DNA of 64,000 nt, taken from contig NW_020847100.1 of NCBI RefSeq assembly GCF_003704095.1, forward strand, positions 434,001 through 498,000. Reading direction: 5' to 3'. Source of the stretch: Pocillopora damicornis. Its lineage: Eukaryota. Below are positions 14,323 to 25,811 of this stretch, in pieces; the first letter of the stretch is position 1, and each line of letters starts with the position of its first letter. The translations under genes and the position numbers were made by a program. The notes below the pieces were generated by a model, which was given only the letters and a program-made list of their open reading frames with translations, was not told the DNA's origin and did no database searches.

Positions 14323-14455
14323 GTAAAATTTCCGCAAAGCCCAATACTATTGTTAAACAAATCTGTTTTCCCGATAGCCATGTATTGTTTTTGTCGTTTT
14401 TTTGTATCCAAGAACTGAATGCATAATGTGGCATGGGCTGTGCGGATATTTTACC
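14323..14455. mobile_element. Second, more degenerate copy of the same MITE
   Basis: Direct-orientation homologue of 13929-14064 (gtaaaatttccgcaaagcccaatac ... gcatgggctgtgcggatattttacc). Confidence 0.7.
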
Positions 14456-16139
14456 CTTTCACTCTCGCTTTGACCCTTGGAATGGACAAATGGCTGCAAG
14501 AGATCTGATCGAAAGGAATCTCGATGTTTATCATACTCACCTGCTACAAATATAATGTGGATGCACCTTTGCAGCGCATGATATCATTCGATATACGACT
14601 TCAAGGGACGCAAACTATAAGAAGTAGAGGTTTACTAAAACAGAGTAATCACTAACTGTGAAATAGAACTGACAGCACTCAATCTTCAAGTTTTGGTACG
14701 AATTATGCAAATATTGTATCCTTGCGGTAATTTAAAAAATGGAAATTTTTCATCACAATCGAGGGTAAACCAATGAGATCGAAGTCATCGTTTATACAAA
14801 CTTTTTTGACGAAGACGATCTTAGATGAGGGATGAAAATAAATCATAAAATTTGGACTATTGAGTGGGAATTATTTGACGACAATTTCAATTCTTTGCAT
14901 TTTCACGACTGAGTCGCAAAGTGACCCATTATCACGGTAATGTTAGCCTTGCATCATTGTTCTTTGGTTGAGTGAATCCATTTTTTAGCGGAGTGTTATT
15001 AAGTCAGCATGTGGTCTAGTATCTTCAGGACATAACAAACTCCTCAGCTCATGGCAAGCACGATGATGTATTAACCGACCTTTCCTTTTAACAATCGAAC
15101 AAAAAGCACATGTACATGAAAATTAGCCGACTTGAGCCTGTACTCGCTCTTTCCGCGCCACAGAGCATGAAGATGTGTCAAGTTTGGGGCCGACCATATA
15201 AATTCCGTTTAATTACTTGAAAACACAGCTGTTCTTACCTAAAAAAATAGCCAAAGGGGCTCTCAAGCCTTGAATATAAAGGGACGAAAGTGAACTCTTA
15301 CGAGTGCTCATTCCCCCTCTGTTCTAAAACTATTAGCTTTTATCAATGTTCATCAGGATTATCGATATTGATTGTTTTTCCTGCATTTCAAATATGTAAA
15401 ACGAGATGCTTACAAGTCCAGCATAAGTGATGCAGCACGACTCCACACTCCACAATGATCATGTCCCTGTTTTGCATTTTAAGCAGTTTTTCGCTTTACA
15501 ATCGAATGAGCACTCATCATGGCGGCGATGGCATCTCTTAATGTAGCTACGATCAGTTTTCCAGTGATAAGTTCCTTCGCAAGGCTATGATCATATCCGA
15601 AAAAAGCGAGGTGGTCGTTTTACGACGTGATTTACGATGAAAGCAATGTTGTTGCTGCACAGGACTTGGGTTCTTACCGCAAGTTTGGCGAGTGAGTTTG
15701 TTAAACAAAGATAAACTTTATGGACACTCCATCCACATACACTGAATATGAAGAGAAAATCAACGAAAAAATCCTAATCAATGAATGTCAATGAAGTATG
15801 AGGCCGAGCCTCTTTCTTCTTAGAGAGACTAATTGTCGTAGAGAAGAAGAGGAATATCATGACAAGCATCGTGCAAGTTTTTTTACTTATTGAAGTCGCG
15901 TGTTTCTAACGTACTCAGCATTGCCAACAACAAATCGACCTAGCAAATATGACGAACTTTCTATTTAATGATCTTGCAGTTCTGCTAGCGTGAAAATGAA
16001 TGACCTGTTCACTGGACTAGATTTCACACTCAAACGAGCTCTTATTTAAAGCGAGCACTAAATTCTTTTTATTTTGTCTTCCTTTTATCTAAATAAGAAA
16101 TTATTTGAGTCATGTAACATATTTATTTTGCAGAATCGA

Positions 16140-19100
16140 ATGTATAAATCGCATTGGCTGTAGCTTATCACGACTCAGTTTTCCCTGATGTGCTTGATAA
16201 GTTAGTTAATTCTGGGACATGAAAACAGCATTCATAACAACAACAACAACAACATCAAAAACAACATTGTCTCCTTTTGAAATTACCGCCATGGGAAAAA
16301 GTCAGCTAATTCTGGATAATTAAAAATTGCCTAATGTTTGAGATGAAATTAGATTAAAACTTCCCTCCTCATTGGAGACTCCTACATCGTATAAAGTAAA
16401 CTAATCTGTGTTTTTCTTGTATCCTTCCCTCGACAGCTCTTCATGGCTGCGTGGCTGATCCAAAGATTGGTGAATGCAACATGACCTATTTCATAACAGG
16501 AGGATTCAGTTGTCAGAGGAAAATGGTGTCTGATTTAAAACACAAACCAAATGCCAACTGCAGGTACTAGTCGATTTTCAACCTCATGAGAAACGTTCGT
16601 ACTGCACTGGCTGATTTTCTATCAGGACATCGTGAACGGCCCTTATTATTTCCTAGTGGATGATTATTTCAAAAATTCTGCAGTCTTTTGCAGAATTAAA
16701 GCTCCTTTTCTTGGTAATTCATTTTTTGTTCAAAGTCAGCGTAAGTTTTTTATTTTAATTTTTTTTATGACAAGTAATATCACACTGCTAAGCTCCGAGT
16801 CTCTCCGATAATAAGACACTAATTCGTATTAAGCTTTAAAGAAGCAACCTGACGGTTAAATTCCATTATTCTGGAGAAGAAAATACAATGCAAAAACAAA
16901 AAGACAAAAAAAACAAAACAATCATTATCATGCCAATGTAAAAGGCTATTGCATTTTGAAATAACCAAAAACACCATTGGGCCAGTTCCAGAGTGCATTC
17001 TTACTCATAAAGTGTAACGGTCTTAGTCTGGAATCTTACGTTAACCTTATTTTTCGATACCATTTAGACTTTCCGACTTATTTTGTTTCCTTCAATCTCT
17101 TTAGTGTTGAATATCAAGATCAGACCTCATGTCTGGTTGATCATTTGAAGTCTTGCTTGACTGGTCTTTTTGCTGGTTTTGTTCCTGCCGTCACATCGTT
17201 GATAAAATTACTGTTATACCATTGTGGGGATCTTAAAGTGGATCCGGCGTTGATAGATCAGTTCCTGCTTAATCAAATCCAGTGCAAGGGTTCAGTTTTC
17301 GCGCAAACTGTGGAGTGTTGGAATGATTTTCGGGAGAGGTTGAACAGAGACAAGACAGATCCGAAGCTCTGCAGGTATAAAACTCACTTTTACCAGCTGA
17401 TCTTGAACTTGAATTGTGGAGTTCTCTCAAAACAGAGATTTATCGGTGATGGTCAGCTATCTCAGGCTTGAGCTTTTAAATTATATATTACAACATGTAT
17501 GTACTTCCTCTTAACACGGTCATTTGAGAAAAACTGTTTGTGCTAGTTCAGAATGTTTTTATTTTTCTATTACTCAGTAATTTATCTCGGAATCCGATCT
17601 TTTTATTATCTTAAACAGTGGATTGTGTCCGTCTAGGAAAATCTTGCCGCAGTCAAATATTATACAAAAAAAATTAAATAAAATAAACGTGTAGATGGGG
17701 AATAAAGCCTTTCACCTCCATAGAAGGCTTACCACCAGATAAAATGAGTTGCCATTTGCTTCCATTTGTATCTTCACAGCGACTACGCTGTTGCAAAGGA
17801 ATGCGTGACAAGAGAGGCAAAGACTGGTTGTGCAATCGGACAGTACGTTAATAGGGACTTGTTTAACCCTTTCTGCACATACAACACAGATCCACCGTTG
17901 AACAGTTCTGGTAAGATAGGCATGATTTGCTCCACTTGAACACTATGCTTTAACAGTCATCACAGTGACTACGTGGGTAGCGACTCATCATCATCACTTT
18001 CAGTTTTGGCCAGGAATCCACTGGTCAAAAAGCTGATCAACACGGTATAAGCACTATCGATGGCTTGAGTTAATTTAAAACTTTATCTTTAGCTAATCTG
18101 GAAATTTTGCTCATTTTGTGGTTCATATCCTTTCTATTTTTGTGTAATATTCGCATCAACTATGTGGTATTGCTTTTTTAAACATTATTTTTTTACCATT
18201 TGCAGAACCATCAATCTATATTGGAAGTTGCACCACCCAGACGTTCGCTACGTCGGCATATTCATGTCAACGCAAGATGATTACAAACCTGGCGAAGAAA
18301 AATAGCCCGACTTGCCGGTAACCCACATACCTTAATAAAAAAAAAAGGGCAAAAATGATATGTTGTATTAATTTGTTCTGTTTCCGCTGNNNNNNNNNNN
18401 NNNNNNNNNNNNNNNNNNNNNNNNNNNNNNNNNNNNNNNNNNNNNNNNNNNNNNNNNNNNNNNNNNNNNNNNNNNNNNNNNNNNNNNNNNNNNNNNNNNN
18501 NNNNNNNNNNNNNNNNNNNNNNNNNNNNNNNNNNNNNNNNNNNNNNNNNNNNNNNNNNNNNNNNNNNNNNNNNNNNNNNNNNNNNNNNNNNNNNNNNNNN
18601 NNNNNNNNNNNNNNNNNNNNNNNNNNNNNNNNNNNNNNNNNNNGCCTTCAATCAGTTTTGCTACCTGGGGCAAACTAGGATGGTCACTTCAATAACCAAT
18701 TCTTAGAAATGAGTTTTATAAAGGTGGCTCCCACTTGGGGGGAATATTTTGATAGCTCTTACAGTAATTGTAAAATGCGGTTTGTGTCATATATAGAAAA
18801 GTTCAGGACCGTTTACAGAAGCTTTTTGGAATATTCTCCTCTCAAACTTGATTTCTCCTTTCTGTATACAGGCAGGAGTATAATAACCTAAAGCTTTGTT
18901 TGTCAGCGACTACGGATAGTTGTTTAACAAATACAGCGCTCTCTCCATTCAAAGACGAAGTTCAACGACTTGTACGAACACTTTTATATCACTGTGGAGA
19001 TCTCAGAGGGAATGAGCTATCTATAAGCCCTTTCCTGTTGGAGGCATTGAACTGTAACAAGAGTATGTTTGAGACTTCCGTGGGATGTTGGGATCAGTTT

Positions 19101-20899
19101 CGTCTCCGATTGATCTTAAACAATGAAGACAGGCAACTTTGTGTGTAAGTAAAATTTCTCGTTCTGTATAACTTACTAATGAACAATGAATCTATCTCCC
19201 CGACTGTAATCGTTTTTATGAATGCTCCAATGTTACGTCAACCAGTCTTGCTGAAAGAGGAGGGAGTGGGGGTGGGAAGGAGAAGCGATGACGGAGTTGA
19301 ATTATTTGGGAGAAGGATAAAGTCCACACAGATTATTCTTCTGACAGCGTTTCACTTTAATGACTTTTATTAACGTTTTTATGACAGTAACCTTCGTTTT
19401 GATAGTATTTAGTTCAATTTCTACAGAGATTACGCTAGGTCTAAGCAATGTATCTCGATGGCTGTACAAAATGGTTGTGCCATTGGAGATCTCATGGAAG
19501 ACGACCTTTACAACCCATTTTGCGTGGATGGCATCGATCCACTTGCCCTTCCATCTGCCTCAGGTGAGTTGGATTGGCTCAATGGGAAACTTTAAAATGC
19601 AAATTTTTTCCTCCGCAAGGGTCCTGCATTCCGAACACCACTATTCTGTTATCAGCTTGTTGGCATTCATCAGTGTCACTACTATTGCCATCATCATTAT
19701 CATTACTATCATTTTTCATCATAAAAGTTGTCAAAAAAATATCAAAAATAAAAATATTTATCATGGTCATCATGTAATTTAACATAATACTTGGCATTGA
19801 TGTCTTGATTAATGCATGTTTTGCTTTCTTGCAGCTCTTATATCTGGACGGTTTACATTTGTGTGCGGAAACGATTTCTTTTACAGAAAGGGAATTGAAT
19901 GTGAAGACCATTTCCTCACAGCCATCTATTCCGCAGAAGGAGATGCCAATTGTGGGTAAGCATTAAAAAGAAATAACTACATAATTTTGATTTTAGATCA
20001 TGTAATCGCGAGTCCCAGTTTGGTAGTTCAAATGTTTTTCTATCTACAAGGAATTAAAATGAAGTAAGTTCCTTTGCATTTTTCTGGGAATCAAAATCCC
20101 AGCCATAAAACTTTGAGCGTACAAAATATTTCTATAAATCACAACTTGAAATGTTTTGCGATTTTTTGGTGGTCTTGATTTTGGATAATCGAACCCAAGT
20201 TATTTTACAATTCCTTCGACTTATTAGCTTTAAAGAAATAAATTACCTTTACTCGACTCGTACTGAAACATCCACTGATGGGTGGCAGTATCTCTAAAAA
20301 ATATATACGGACGTTTTCAAATATCTGTGTGAAGTGGTGTACCTAGCAAGGTGTACTTGACTCTATTGTCATTACATAATGTTTATCATTTCAGACGTCA
20401 ATCTGAGTCATTCTTGCGCTGTTTAAAAGAGAATTTTGAACCTTGCATCGAACCATCTCCGAATTCCATTCTATTGGAATCGCTCAGCATCGTAGTTCTC
20501 CAAAGCTTACAAGGAACACAACTACTTTGTGACTCGTCTGTGTATCAAATTGCTTGGGATGATCTTCCACCTCTTCTACGAAAAGTAGCAACTTGTGACA
20601 ATGATTATTCAGCTGTTGTCGCTGATTGTGGTAGAACGTTCCGTTCCAAGTTTATTCCCGTTCCCTCGCCCCTGTGTGAAGAATTCGAGAATGGAAAATC
20701 TTGCATCGATGAGGCAAGGCAAACACATTGCTCCTTTGATGTTCAAACCCTGCGAACTCTCAAGGGTAATATAAATCCATTCTGTGACAACAGAACTCGA
20801 CCTTTATTTAGAGACGTCGGCAGTTGTCAAAGTATAAACCAGAAACTGGCTTTTGCCGTGCTTATTTTTAGTGTCATGAGCTGTGTTTCTTGCAGGTAG
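16140..20899 (+). CDS. Gene D: paralogue with six six-Cys modules and a hydrophobic C-terminal tail, about 578 aa; putative leader exon carries an in-frame TAG
   Basis: Exons (16140-16200), 16437-16563, 17105-17374, 17780-17910, 18206-18317, 18872-19144, 19427-19563, 19835-19955 and 20395-20899 have consistent phases. YHCG and CW-x-x-F each occur twice, NPFC three times. Tail QKLAFAVLIFSVMSCVSCR. Confidence 0.85.
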
Positions 20900-22175
20900 C
20901 TCTCCACATATACAGATAGCTCATATATGTTAGACCTGCAATAATCATTGACATCTGGTCTACCTTTTGGTGATGTAAATAGAGACGCATTCTTTTTGTA
21001 TAGATATCGCTACCGTGGATACTGAGAGAAACAACTTTAAATAAAGAAGGGGCTCGAGGGATGATAATTTTCAGTTTTTTAAACAAATCTCATCTCAACT
21101 GCATCATTTCTTCTCAACTGCGTATGAATTTTGTTCATCTTCTGGTAAATAACAGGTCCTTCTTACCTTATAATCCCTGCGGTAAATGAATGAATTTGAA
21201 GAACTGTAGATATATTCACGCCCGTTTTAGACCAGGTAACCGTTTTGGACTTCTACTTTTCTAAATCAGAGCCAAGCTAAGTTAACCACTAACTGCATCT
21301 ATTACCTCAGCAGTCTTCTGACCTTTAATTTTCATTGGGGAAACAAATGTTGAAGGAATCAAGATTTTTGCCCTGGGCATTTACTCGAAATATATTGATT
21401 CACAAAGCGATGAGATTTAAGACTCCTGAGGAAGATTTAGCAGAAAAATGCCCTGGTTATGTCGTTCCATTCATATCATATCGCAGAAAAGTACGTTATG
21501 TATGACAGCGGCAAGTGAGGTTTTTGCCACCAAATATGACTTCCCATTGTAAGCAACAATAAACGTCATCGTCACAACATTGCACAACGTAAACTGTTGC
21601 GGTAAACTTAGCGAAAAATGCTTTCTTTGAATATGATTAGGAGTTCTATCACGGTCTTATAGCGAATTTCGGCTATTAAATGACTGTGCAGTGTCTTCGC
21701 TTGTTTTCGGTCAGTTCATGGTTAAGTTAATTACTACAAATCAAAGTCCTTGTGTGATATCGTAAACGGAAGGGGTCTAGATCGAGATTTGCTCCTAAAA
21801 TAGAAATAAGCATGCCAAATTTTACAAAACTTTATACATGCCCGGGGAGTTGTTACGCTGTTTATTAAAAGATGAAAGCCAGCCAACTGTGTTTTAACCA
21901 ATGAATCTTATTTGTTAATCCCCTCCCTACATGGAGTAACCATACCAATGTATTGTTTCATACTTTATTTAACTGATGATTTTAAAACATTCCATTTAGG
22001 GAGTGATCTAGAAAAGACCTCAACTGCTTTACACAAGAGCGCTGGTTAAAAATTTATCATCTACCTTACCATTCGAAGAAGTTTCGGTGAAGAAACTGTT
22101 AAAGGCAGAGTCAATGCTTTTAAGTTGGCGATAGACAGATAAAATTGTGTTTAAAACTTCCAAAATCAAGAAAGT

Positions 22176-22345
22176 ATGCAAACTTTAACATTTCTTTATG
22201 GAGCGAAGGTGAGTTTTCTGTTTTCAAAGTGCGAGAATTGAAGTTTCGCCGGATCAAATAAAGAAAAATATGAAATAAGCTTTCGTTGGACTTTTCAAAC
22301 TTTTATTTCATATTCAGCTGCTCGTCAGATTAAGTTGTGCGTCAG
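22176..22345 (+). CDS. Tentative signal-peptide exons of polycystin-1-like copy 1
   Basis: 22176-22208 (MQTLTFLYGAK|gtgagt) plus 22318-22345 (LLVRLSCAS G|gtaaat) splice in phase to exon 25812 (DSDDVPDEC). Based on splice signals and phase only. Confidence 0.35.
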
Positions 22346-22734
22346 GTAAATAACCACAATGACCTTCGGTATTTCATTTTTAGGAAGTGGCTCTTTTCAT
22401 TTCCCTCAGATCAATGATAGTGATCATGAATGCTGCCATCAATAACGCAGGTTTGTCTACGATTTCTTGTAAATGCGCTATATCCATGAAACATACTTAT
22501 CTCTTTTTTCCTCCATGTTTTTGTTATTAATGTTGAAACATATTAAATCCCTAGAATAATCTTTACAGAAAGTACTATGTTAACCTTGGCTGTTTGTATT
22601 GGTATCTGGGGCTTCACTTCCACTTAGTGTTTGTTTAGTTTTCATACGCACCTTGTCTTAATTTGCATAGGATTACTTCAATTTTCCATGATCATTATTA
22701 AAACGACGAAAGGTTCGGCACTAATATTCGCACC

Positions 22735-25247
22735 TCCTTTGCGGACCAAATTTATTTTCAAAAAGTTTCCAAATTTTCAGTGAGTTCTCTTTTTGATCTC
22801 TAAAATTATTTAACATGCTTTGATAATTCTTGTACTGGTTTACTTGTAATTAAATTTTAATTCTTAAAAACAAACATGTGATTTCAAAGAACGTCACTAT
22901 GATGTCATAAGACTGGTTAATATTTAACCAGAAACAAAACCTTGACTAATTCTCCTATTTTTCCATGAAAATAAATGAAAAGTGATAAGCTTGAAAAATT
23001 GATTTTATGGCCAATTCTTTTCTACAGCTCCTGACTATTCATTTGATACCAAATACACTAAGTATATACATATATAGAGAAGTAAAACTTGCACTTTTTC
23101 CGAACAGGGTCATCGTCTAAAAAAAACTGAAAAAAGAGGTAAAGCAATACAAGAGCTGAATATTTTTTTTTGTCATGTGTTTTTTAATCTATACTTTCAA
23201 TTAACATTAAAATGATCAGATGCACAAAATCTCACTGATTGGAAGTATCCCCGTCCTTTTGTTAATTTTGCTGGTGATAAATTTGACAGCATGGGGCAGC
23301 AAATAATCCCACATCACAATCAGGACAATAAAAATTAGTTTTCCTCTTTGTTATGTTGGTTGTGCATACTATGCACCTCCTTTCAAATCTCTTCCCACTT
23401 TCGTTGCAAGGAAGATAAGAAGGAAGATATCTTTCCACAAATCTGGCCTGAGGCTATTTAAGGGATGCTCTACCCCTCTTCTGACGAGCTGAAAAACTGC
23501 CAATCAGATCTTTCACCGAAAATAATCGAAAGCTATTTAGTTCTTTCTTCCCATGGTTTGGCAATTCATTATGGAGAATAAGGCTATTTTAGATAGCCCT
23601 GTCTGTGAGGTCAAATGACAACCTCGTCCACCACATCTTCTTGAGATAGAAAGTTGTTAATATGACTTCATCTGATCATTTTTGTTGACCCGACCAATAT
23701 ACTTGTTGTACATCAATACTATGGATGGGTATGTCACTGCCTGCAAGTTTCCATCCTTAGCCCTCCTTTGTACTTCTGAGAGATAAGCAGGAGGAGTATG
23801 TAGAATGGAGCCTTTCATTCTTCACAACGCACCAACCCGAGGCAAAATCTTTATTGTGATCTTGTGGAATAGTACACAGGGAAATCCCTTTCCGTTTTGT
23901 CGGACAGTTCCACAACAAAGTGCTTTTTAACTGTACAGGTTTCCCATAAGTTTTCAAGAAGTAAAGAAATTGTAAAAAAAGACAATACCATTTGCTCGTC
24001 ATGTTTTCCCAAAGACTCCACACAACAGTGTAGCCCAAGCCATGCTGAACTCTACTAGGCTGTTTACCTGTATAAACATCAAATGCACACAAATATCCGG
24101 TTATGCTGTCTGCTCGACACCATAACTTGATGCCTCTTTTGATGGGGTTCAATGACATGTATTGCTTCAAAGAAGTTATCCCTTTCTGTGTCACCATCGC
24201 GTTATCAACAGCGTGCTGCCGGTGAGGTTTCTATTACATTGACCCAGCAGCTGACATTTTTTAGTTGCCATCTACATGCATGTTGTATAGCAAATCAAGA
24301 AATCGTGTTCGAGTCATTAGCTTTGTGAATGCAGGCATGCCAAGAATCCAATCTTCACTCCTCAAATCTTTCAATGAAGGTAGAGAGTGGAAATTCATTG
24401 CAATAAGAGGCCCTAAGAATGCTTTTACTCCTGTCAAATCAACTCGTCTTCAAAGTGATGAGTCTTTCCCAGACTCTTCCAGCTTTTGTTTCGCATATTA
24501 TTTTGTTTGTTTCAAGAATGATTTTGTTTAGCATCGTAATGCATTAGGACAGCGGTAGTTCGCAAATGTATCCGGGAACTTAAAGTATGTGCGAAATTAA
24601 GCGTATGCCTTTTGGCGTGCATTTGCTTCACCACAATACAAGCATCCTGTCATCCACTAGCAAGGAGAAAAGTCTTTTGCTGTAGCGTTAGTAGGGCCGA
24701 CACGACTTCTTGAAATTCAGGAATATCGAACTAACTCCTCTCATCACTCCACTCAAACGTGCCAGAAGGCCACGCTCTCTCCCTTCTTTAGCAGAATCTC
24801 CGTTGTTTTCATCAGAGTCATCGTCTTCATCTTCACTGTTGTATTCAGGAAACCGTGGCAAATCGTCTTCATCCTCTTCCTTTGGAATTGAATCTAAGGA
24901 CTCTGCCGCGTCAGAAAGATCGTCTTCGAAGTCTTCGATGTCCAATCTGGCTCCGTCACAAGGAATATCAAAGATTCCCTCGAAATGGTCGATAAAATTT
25001 TGAGTAGTTTACATTATTCTCCTTCATGACATGTTGTAAAAATGTCACTGAAGATCAAAACCCAGCAAATATTGATAATATTTGGTAATAATGAAAGAAT
25101 CACGAAAATGCTCGCAAATGAAAGCTGCAGGCGTTGTAAACAAAAAATAACCGTAGAGGCCTGGTAACATTTATTTAGGATAGCCGCTGAGAGAAAAACT
25201 GCAGTCACGCAAGATATACTATATATCGGACATTGGTCAACAAAGGG
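22735..25247 (-). mobile_element. Decayed piggyBac DNA transposon
   Basis: The right end reads TTAA|CCCTTTGTTGACCAAT inward (TTAA at 25248-25251). A degenerate left TIR tcctttgcggaccaaa lies at 22735-22750 without TTAA. The element encloses transposase remnants. Confidence 0.75.
23262..25013 (-). pseudogene. piggyBac transposase (PGBD / DDE_Tnp_1_7-like) pseudogene
   Basis: Acidic N-terminus at 24688-24945. Core KQYMSLNPIKRGIKLWCRADSITGYLCAFDVYTGK...GLGYTVV at 23757-24197. C-terminal Cys-rich domain RRCIVC...KTNFYCPDCDVGLFAAPCCQIYH at about 23270-23385. Multiple frameshifts and stops. Confidence 0.9.
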
Positions 25248-25339
25248 TTAAAAACTTGGCGGTTTGAGGAAGGTAGAGAAAACTCGGAAAAAATAAAAAG
25301 ATGATGACAAACAAAGACCAAATTCTCAGCGAAGGATTT

Positions 25340-25520
25340 TAATAATAATAGTAATGGTAATAAAAAATGATAATAGCACCAGTGATAGTGATAGTAATAA
25401 TGATACTAATGTTGATAACAATGACAATGTCGATTTTGATAATGACGATAAAATCAAAACGACTACTACCAGAGATAATAAAAATGATAATAATATCAAG
25501 AACAACAATAACAGAAACGA
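25340..25520. repeat. Degenerate (AAT/GAT/AAC)n microsatellite
   Basis: Trinucleotide runs; the source of the spurious low-complexity ORFs at 25326-25620. Confidence 0.8.
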
Positions 25521-25811
25521 CGGCATTAACGTAAATATTATTTGCAAATTGACTAAGGCCAGGCTTAAAAATTGGCAAACTTTCTCACTCCATACCTGCG
25601 CAGAACTCTTTTTGCATTAGTGAAAATGGCTCAACAAGTCCTCGAGATCTCTAAAGCTGAGTTATTCAGGTATACACATATAAGACGCCTAAATCGGAAC
25701 AGATCTAACTTGGAATCTGTTTCTTTTCTTACTCTGGAGACATATTCTGAAATTGTCTCTTTTAAAAGAAGCTTTAGTTGAACTGGGTCATTTTAAATTA
25801 CTTTTCCTCAG

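Noticed and set aside
22270-22345. Alternative leader MK*AFVGLFKLLFHIQLLVRLSCAS
   Set aside because: Contains TAA at codon 3; a stop-free two-exon model (22176-22208 plus 22318-22345) explains the same donor site.
24688-24945. Acidic ORF as a possible coral acid-rich biomineralisation protein
   Set aside because: It lies inside the piggyBac element, at the position and on the strand of the transposase's acidic N-terminus.
25326-25620. Leu/Ile-rich and Asn/Asp-rich ORFs (also 56434-56640 and 19574-19911)
   Set aside because: Translations of trinucleotide microsatellites or intronic low-complexity sequence.
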